In this document: piece by piece, positions 58,293 to 64,000 of the stretch
Layout: each line of letters opens with the position of its first letter
How positions within the stretch are numbered: the stretch's first letter is position 1
From: an uncultured Stakelama sp.
GTDB taxonomy: Bacteria > Pseudomonadota > Alphaproteobacteria > Sphingomonadales > Sphingomonadaceae
Assembly: GCA_964575105.1 (NCBI GenBank)
Contig: CAZNQA010000003.1
Coordinates: 2,158-66,157, forward strand
Length of the DNA: 64,000 nucleotides
Direction of reading: 5' to 3'
The notes under the pieces: generated by a model
What the model was told of the DNA's origin: nothing
The model's database searches: none
What the model saw: the letters and a program-made list of their open reading frames with translations, nothing else
Translations under genes and position numbers: made by a program

Positions 58293-58368
58293 CCTTCCCC
58301 CATATGCGACGTCGTTGCGCCGCCCCGACCATAGGGTGAGCCGCGAGATTGGAAAAGGGATCGCCGCG

Positions 58369-60711
58369 CTAGCGCCCGATCACCGTGACCAGTGCGCCAA
58401 CGTCCTGCCCGCTCGGCAACTTGCCCGAGGCGGTGAGCTTTCCGGTCGCCTCGTCCCAGCGCAACGTCGCGGTGCTGCCGCCCTTGCGATAGGCGTTGGT
58501 CACGCCGTCATCGTCGTACAGCGTGAAGCTGGTCGATCGCCCGGGATAGACCCGGATACTCTCGAGCCGCTGGCGGGTCGCGGTGCTAGGGACTTGAACC
58601 CCCATCGGCACGATCGAGCCGGCACGCACGAACAGCGGAATCTTGTCGATCGGCGCTGCGGCGGTGATCGTCTGGCCGCCGGTATGCCGCTCGTTGGTCC
58701 AGTAATCATACCAGTCGGCCCCGGCGGGCAGGTAGACCGGGCGGCTGGTCGCGCCCTGCGCGGTGACGGGCGCGACAAGAAAGGCGGGGCCGAACATATA
58801 TTCGTCGCCCATGTCGGCGACCTTGGGGTCGTTCGGGAAATCCATGAACAGCCCACGCATGAACGGCGCGCCGGTCTCATAGGTCTGGTGACCCATCGCG
58901 TAGAGATAGGGGATCAGCGTGTAGCGCAGCTTTAGATATTGCGCGAGTACGGGCTCCGCCGCCGTGCCATAATCCCAGATCGCGGTCCCCGGGCGCTGCC
59001 CGTGGATGCGCAGCGTCGGGGTGAAGGTATTGTACTGGAACCAGCGCACGAACAGTTCGGGGTAATCGGCATAGCTCGGCGCCATCGCGGTCGCACCCGC
59101 GGGATCGAGCAGGACCGGATGCTCGGCCTTGGGGCCGTTCGGATACTGCCAGCCGCCGGTGTCGCTGCTCCAGTAAGCAAGGCCCGATGCGGTGAAGTTG
59201 AGCCCGGTCGGCACTTGCCGCTTGAGCGCTTCCCATGTCGACTGGACGTCGGACGACCAGAACAGGCAACCGTTGCGCTGCGTGCCGAGATAAGCGGCAC
59301 GGCACAGGATCAGGTTGCGGAAATCGGGCCGGTCGCGGGCCGAACCATCGGCGACGCCGGCGGTGTGCACCAGCGGAAACAGGTTGTGATACCGGTCGCC
59401 CGAGCCGATCGCGAACTGATGGCCGTCGGGGACGAGATCGGGCTCGGTCTCGTCGAGCCAGAACCAGTCGAACCCTTCCGAGGCGATATTGTCGCGGATG
59501 CGATCCCAGAACCAGCCGCGCGCATCGGGGTTGGTGCTGTCGAGCAACGCGCCCGCACGGTCCGAGCGGATCGGCAGGCCATCGACGACGGTGCCGTCGG
59601 CATCGTGCAGCAGCCAGCCCTTGGCGGCGAGGGTGTTATAGTAACGCGATTCCTTCTCGAAACGCGGCCACACGCTGATGATGCTGTGCATGCCGAGCCC
59701 CTTGAGCTTGGCGTTCATGCCCTTGGGGTCGGGGAAGAAGGTCCGGTCGATGTCGAGCTGCCCCATCCGGCTCCAGTAGAACCAGTCGAGCACCATCACG
59801 TCGAGCGGATAGCCACGGCTGCGATAGCCCTCCGCCACGCCGAGCAGTTCGGCCTGCGTCTCGTAGCGCGCCTTGCTCTGGATGAGCCCGAACGCCGCCT
59901 TGGGCGGGAGCGGGGTCTTGCCGGTCAGCCTGGCATAACCCGCATACAGCGCGTCATAGGTATCCCCGGTGATGACGAAGAACGAGACGCGCTCGCCGAC
60001 TTCGGATTGCCAGTGCGTACTGTTGTGCAACCCCGGCGAGACGGTCGCGGTCGAGGGATTGTCCCAGACGATTCCGTACCCCTTGTTGGTGACCATGAAC
60101 GGCACGCACACCGTTTCCCCGGCGGGCGCATCGTAATTGTGTCGGCAGTCGATCGTCCGCCCGCGCAGGTCGAGCCGGCCTTCCTGGTTCTGGCCCAGCC
60201 CGTAATAATGTTCGTCGAGCGGGGCGGCGAAGCTCGCGCCGACCTTGAAGGTCTTCTCGCCCGCGACGGTGTGCGGCGCCATTTCCCATCCGGTCATCTG
60301 CGTGATCAGGTGGCCGTCGGCCCCTTTGACGCTGATCGATACGGGCGGCAGCGACGGGGCGAAATACCGCTCCATCTGCGACGGTGCCTTGGGCCAGGGC
60401 TGCGCGGCGACGGTGAGCGACAGCGCCGGGGAGACGAACACGTCGCCCGATGCATCCGCGCGGTGGCTCCAGCCGGTTGCGTCGGCCTTCGCGTTCGCAC
60501 CGGGCCCGGGCGCGGCATCGGCGAGATCGCGGTCGAGCGCGATCGTGACTCGGACGATGTTGGGCGCATAAGGCTCGATCGAGACGCGACTGCCGTTGCG
60601 GTCGAGCGAGGCCAGCGGCTCCGCCTGCGCGGCAGCGAGCGGCATCAGCCCGATGACCGCAGCGCCGGTCCATCTCGCGATCGCGCGTCTGCGTGCCGAA
60701 ACCGTTGCCAT
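58369..60711 (-). CDS. GH31 alpha-xylosidase, exported
   Basis: DVMVLDWFYW, WLDETEPD nucleophile, WSSD, YWSSDTGG, RWFQY, EYMFG; no PA14 insertion. Confidence 0.88.
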   Translation of the reverse strand: MATVSARRRAIARWTGAAVIGLMPLAAAQAEPLASLDRNGSRVSIEPYAPNIVRVTIALDRDLADAAPGPGANAKADATGWSHRADASGDVFVSPALSLTVAAQPWPKAPSQMERYFAPSLPPVSISVKGADGHLITQMTGWEMAPHTVAGEKTFKVGASFAAPLDEHYYGLGQNQEGRLDLRGRTIDCRHNYDAPAGETVCVPFMVTNKGYGIVWDNPSTATVSPGLHNSTHWQSEVGERVSFFVITGDTYDALYAGYARLTGKTPLPPKAAFGLIQSKARYETQAELLGVAEGYRSRGYPLDVMVLDWFYWSRMGQLDIDRTFFPDPKGMNAKLKGLGMHSIISVWPRFEKESRYYNTLAAKGWLLHDADGTVVDGLPIRSDRAGALLDSTNPDARGWFWDRIRDNIASEGFDWFWLDETEPDLVPDGHQFAIGSGDRYHNLFPLVHTAGVADGSARDRPDFRNLILCRAAYLGTQRNGCLFWSSDVQSTWEALKRQVPTGLNFTASGLAYWSSDTGGWQYPNGPKAEHPVLLDPAGATAMAPSYADYPELFVRWFQYNTFTPTLRIHGQRPGTAIWDYGTAAEPVLAQYLKLRYTLIPYLYAMGHQTYETGAPFMRGLFMDFPNDPKVADMGDEYMFGPAFLVAPVTAQGATSRPVYLPAGADWYDYWTNERHTGGQTITAAAPIDKIPLFVRAGSIVPMGVQVPSTATRQRLESIRVYPGRSTSFTLYDDDGVTNAYRKGGSTATLRWDEATGKLTASGKLPSGQDVGALVTVIGR

Positions 60712-60970
60712 ATCGCTGATCCTCTTCGTCGACGCCGGTGGTTGACGCATCCGCATCGCCCGGCCAGTTACGTTCACCTATGAGCAATCGTTTCACTGGC
60801 GCAAGCGACAATGCGAGTCGACCGCGTTCCCGGGATACGGCCTGCGGGGTGTGCCGCCCGTTGGCAACCGCTCCGATGGTCGCGGCTGCCGCTGTGCCGG
60901 TATTTCCTTACGCTCGGCGCAACGGCGCGGCGGGCATCGCGCCCGGCATTTCCCCGCAAAAGGATCCGAC

Positions 60971-62584
60971 ATGAAGAGACTGCCCGTGTTCCTAGCCGCG
61001 CTGGCGACGGCCACGCCCGCCCTCGCCCAGTCCGGCGCACCGTCCGACGAAGTCCCGCACATCGTTTCGCGGGGCGGCCATCACGCGCTGATCGTCGACG
61101 GCGCGCCGTTCCTGATGCTCGGCGCGCAGGTCAACAATTCGAGCAACGCCGCCGCCGCCCTCCCCGCCGTCTGGCCTATGCTCGACCGGATCCACGCCAA
61201 TACCGTCGAGGTGCCGATCGCCTGGCAACAGGTCGAGCCGGTCGAGGGGACGTTCGACTTCACCTTCCTGCAGACGCTGCTCGAACAGGCGCGCGCGCAC
61301 GACAAGCGGCTCGTCCTGCTGTGGTTCGGTGCCTATAAGAATACCGGGCTGGGCTATGCGCCCGACTGGGTCAAGCAGGACAATCGCCGTTTTCCGCGGA
61401 TGAAGACGCGCGACGGCAAGGACCACGGCGTGTTCAGCCCGAACGCCCACGCCACGCTGGAGGCGGACAAGCGCGCGTTCACACGCTTCATCACCTATCT
61501 GCGCGACCACGACCGCCAGAACACGACGATCCTGGTGCAGGTCGAGAACGAGACCGGGAGCTACGCCAACCCGCGCGATTTCGGCCCCGCGGCGCAGAAG
61601 CTGTTCCTCGGCCCGGTCCCGGCCGCGCTCGGCAAGCGCGGGACATGGTCGCAGGCGTATGGCGCACAGGCCGACCGCGCGTTCAACAGCTGGTACACCG
61701 CCGCCTATTGCAACGCGCTCGCGGTGGCGGGCAAGGCGATCAAGCCGCTGCCGATGTACGCCAATGCCGCGCTCGCCGACCCGTTCAAGGTCCCGAACCC
61801 CAACGCCGTCGCGAGCGGCGGGCCGCAACAGGACGTGCTCGACATCTGGAAGGCCGCCGCCCCCGCGCTCGATTTCGAGGCGCCCGACATCTACGACCGC
61901 AAGAGCGCCAACGTGTTCGCGTTCCTCGACGGGTACAACCGCCCCGACAATGCGCTGGCAGTGCCCGAGATCGGCAACGCCGCCGAATATGCGCGCTTCT
62001 TCTGGGCAGCGATCGGTCGTGGCGCGATCGGCTTCGCACCGTTCGGGATGGATGCGACCGGCTATTACAACTATCCGCTCGGCGCCAGACGGCTCGACGA
62101 CGCCACGCTCGACGCCTTCGCGCTTCCGTACCGCTTCTTCGCCGCCATGCAGCGCGACTGGGCGAAGATCGCGTTCGAGCACCCGACCTGGGGCACCGCC
62201 AAGGGCGACGACGGTGCGCCGCAATCGACCACGCTGGGCAAGTGGACGATCACCGCGAGCTATGGCGAATGGCAGTTCGGCCACCGCACCGACACGTGGA
62301 TCCAGTCCGTCCCGCCACCCTGGGCAAGCGACCCCGTCGGCGGCGCGGTCGTCGCGCAGATCGCGCCCGACCAGTATCTCGTCGCGGGCGACCACGTCCG
62401 GCTCGATTTCAAACCGGGCAGTGGCGCACCGAAGAACGCATTCGTCCTGCGCGTCGAGGAAGGACGGCTCGTCGGCGGCGCGTTCGTCGTCGATCGCCTG
62501 TGGAACGGCGACCAGACCGACCACGGGCTCAATTTCACCGAGCAACCGACGCTTCTGCGCGTGACGGTGGGTCGCTACGAGTAA
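60971..62584 (+). CDS. GH35-type beta-galactosidase with DUF5597-like C-terminus, copy B
   Basis: Paralog of 47188-48849; VQVENE and PEIG retained; AAGGA RBS and signal peptide. Confidence 0.85.
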   Translation: MKRLPVFLAALATATPALAQSGAPSDEVPHIVSRGGHHALIVDGAPFLMLGAQVNNSSNAAAALPAVWPMLDRIHANTVEVPIAWQQVEPVEGTFDFTFLQTLLEQARAHDKRLVLLWFGAYKNTGLGYAPDWVKQDNRRFPRMKTRDGKDHGVFSPNAHATLEADKRAFTRFITYLRDHDRQNTTILVQVENETGSYANPRDFGPAAQKLFLGPVPAALGKRGTWSQAYGAQADRAFNSWYTAAYCNALAVAGKAIKPLPMYANAALADPFKVPNPNAVASGGPQQDVLDIWKAAAPALDFEAPDIYDRKSANVFAFLDGYNRPDNALAVPEIGNAAEYARFFWAAIGRGAIGFAPFGMDATGYYNYPLGARRLDDATLDAFALPYRFFAAMQRDWAKIAFEHPTWGTAKGDDGAPQSTTLGKWTITASYGEWQFGHRTDTWIQSVPPPWASDPVGGAVVAQIAPDQYLVAGDHVRLDFKPGSGAPKNAFVLRVEEGRLVGGAFVVDRLWNGDQTDHGLNFTEQPTLLRVTVGRYE

Positions 62585-62628
62585 GCCGCTGCTTGAGTCG
62601 GGATTTCGACGCTAGCAGCCGTCCGATC

Positions 62629-63012
62629 CTACGGTGCTGCCGGATCAAGCTCGATCGGTGGTGCTTTCCGCCTGTCGAACCGCTCGCGAAGCCATTTGCG
62701 AGCGGGTTTCTCGATCGCCAGAAACAATCAGGGCGGGGAACAGGAGGACGACCAACACGTCGGACCCGTGCACTGCGATCAGGGCACAGAAGGCTGCGAT
62801 CCACACCCCATCAAACCACACTCCGGTTTGGCGAATAAACTGCCCACCAGCCCCCCATAAACGCGCCACGCGAGGACACCGCCGGTGAAGCCCGCAAGAC
62901 AACGAAGCATCGGCCACGATGTTTGCCCGCTGTTAGAGTCGAGCGGCCCTCGAACCCCGGGCGCCATGATCGACACCAACGCAATAGCACTGGCGCACGC
63001 TAGTCCGCAGGC
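62629..63012 (-). pseudogene. Fragmented acyltransferase-3 (OafA-like) remnant
   Basis: Three frames: GPLD...MLRCLAGFTGGVLAWR, DVLVVLLFPALIV and IEKPARKWLR-stop; no start, internal deletion. Confidence 0.6.
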
Positions 63013-63247
63013 GGATTTCCCCGGTAAATTTGTAACCGCTTGCGGTCGCTCACCACTCCCCCTTGGTCTTGCCAAGAGAAAACCCTCACGTTGCCCGCGA
63101 AATGTTTGCCGATTTACCCGAAAAGCGGCGGATACTCGCGAACAGAAGATGAGCCAAGTCGTTCAAAAGATTGATGTTTCAGTGAGGTAGAACGCTAGTA
63201 CGGCTGCTATGAGGCGGGGGGCCGCCGATCAACCGATCGACCGGCAA

Positions 63248-63308
63248 GCAAACGTTACCTCACAGAAACGCTCGGTCCGGCCCTATCGTTTACCTATAAA
63301 CGCTTTGC
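63248..63308. promoter_or_regulatory. Cluster of LacI-type CG-centred sites upstream of the TBDR gene
   Basis: GCAAACGTTACC, CTATCGTTTACC and TAAACGCTTTGC. Confidence 0.4.
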
Positions 63309-63502
63309 GCACTGGTCGACAATTTGATTGACCCACCGGCACGGCGCGCGTAGCCGACCACCACTGGAGACTGCCTCGACACCACAAGTGACGCGAAGGC
63401 AGCTCGATGGGAGAGGCGCGGCACGAGCGATCGCCGAAACCTTCCCGGGTAGATTTAGGACTCTCGCAATCGCGAGGCTTTTGCGCTTTGGAAGGAATAT
63501 GA

Positions 63503-64000
63503 ATGTCTGCTGCCGTTGAGGTCCGTCGTACCGGAAGCAACAAGGCGCTGCTGCTGAGCGCGTCGATCCTCCCCTTCCTGATGCTCGCCGCCCCCGCGGT
63601 CGCCCAGACGACGCAGCAGACCACCGCACCGACCGGCCCCGCGCTCCCCGCAAGCGACCAGTCACCCGCCACCGCCCCCGCCATCGACCCTGCGGTCGAG
63701 GCCCCCGCCGCCGCCGCCGTCGGCCAGGACATCGTCGTCACCGGCGTCCGCGCGAGCCTTCGCTCGGCGCAGAACATCAAGCGCAATTCGGATCAGGTGG
63801 TCGACTCGATCGTCGCCGAGGACATCGGCAAGCTGCCCGATCGCAACATCGCCGAGGCGTTGCAGCGCATCTCGGGCGTCCAGATCCAGCGCAACTTCGG
63901 CGAAGGCAGCGCGGTCGCGATCCGCGGGCTGACGCAGGTCCGCACCGAACTCAACGGCCGCGACATTTTCACCGCGAGCGGATCGGGCAATGCGCTGAGC
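63503..64000 (+). CDS. TonB-dependent receptor, N-terminal part (runs off the window)
   Basis: AAGGAA RBS, signal peptide, DIVVTGVRASL, DSIVAEDIGKLPDRNIAEALQRISGV; read manually. Confidence 0.92.
   Translation, partial: MSAAVEVRRTGSNKALLLSASILPFLMLAAPAVAQTTQQTTAPTGPALPASDQSPATAPAIDPAVEAPAAAAVGQDIVVTGVRASLRSAQNIKRNSDQVVDSIVAEDIGKLPDRNIAEALQRISGVQIQRNFGEGSAVAIRGLTQVRTELNGRDIFTASGSGNALS

Overview
GC-rich alphaproteobacterial chromosome segment, most likely Sphingomonadaceae (inferred from phaR/PhaC-like/phaA, four TonB-dependent receptors and palindromic intergenic repeats). The housekeeping backbone is phaR-phaA, alr, MFS, a DEAD-box helicase, queA-ppi-coaD-ispA-xseB, leuB-recO, selO and astD. 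Accessory segments interrupt it. (i) At 3.0-4.0 kb, an AT-richer insert has a promoter, a predicted pseudoknotted RNA and GC hairpins upstream of an orphan protein with a HEPN-like Rx4H motif; this is the best candidate for an undescribed RNA-antitoxin/RNase system. (ii) Two divergent giant TBDR genes share OmpR/PhoB-like half-site arrays. (iii) At 31.2-33.8 kb, a repeat-flanked lipoprotein gene sits beside a two-HKD phospholipase D protein whose promoter has a triple Pho-box-like repeat. (iv) There is a LOV-PAS-GAF hybrid histidine kinase. (v) From 47 kb to the window end lies a plant-glycan locus (two GH35, GH39, GH29, GH42, GH31, TBDR) with what looks like an L-galactose/L-galactonate catabolic module. 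I also found four families of intergenic palindromic repeats, two gene relics (CheW, acyltransferase) and a 47-aa membrane protein missed by the ORF track. I found no rRNA, tRNA, CRISPR array, integrase or transposase. All family calls come from motif recognition by eye, not database searches.
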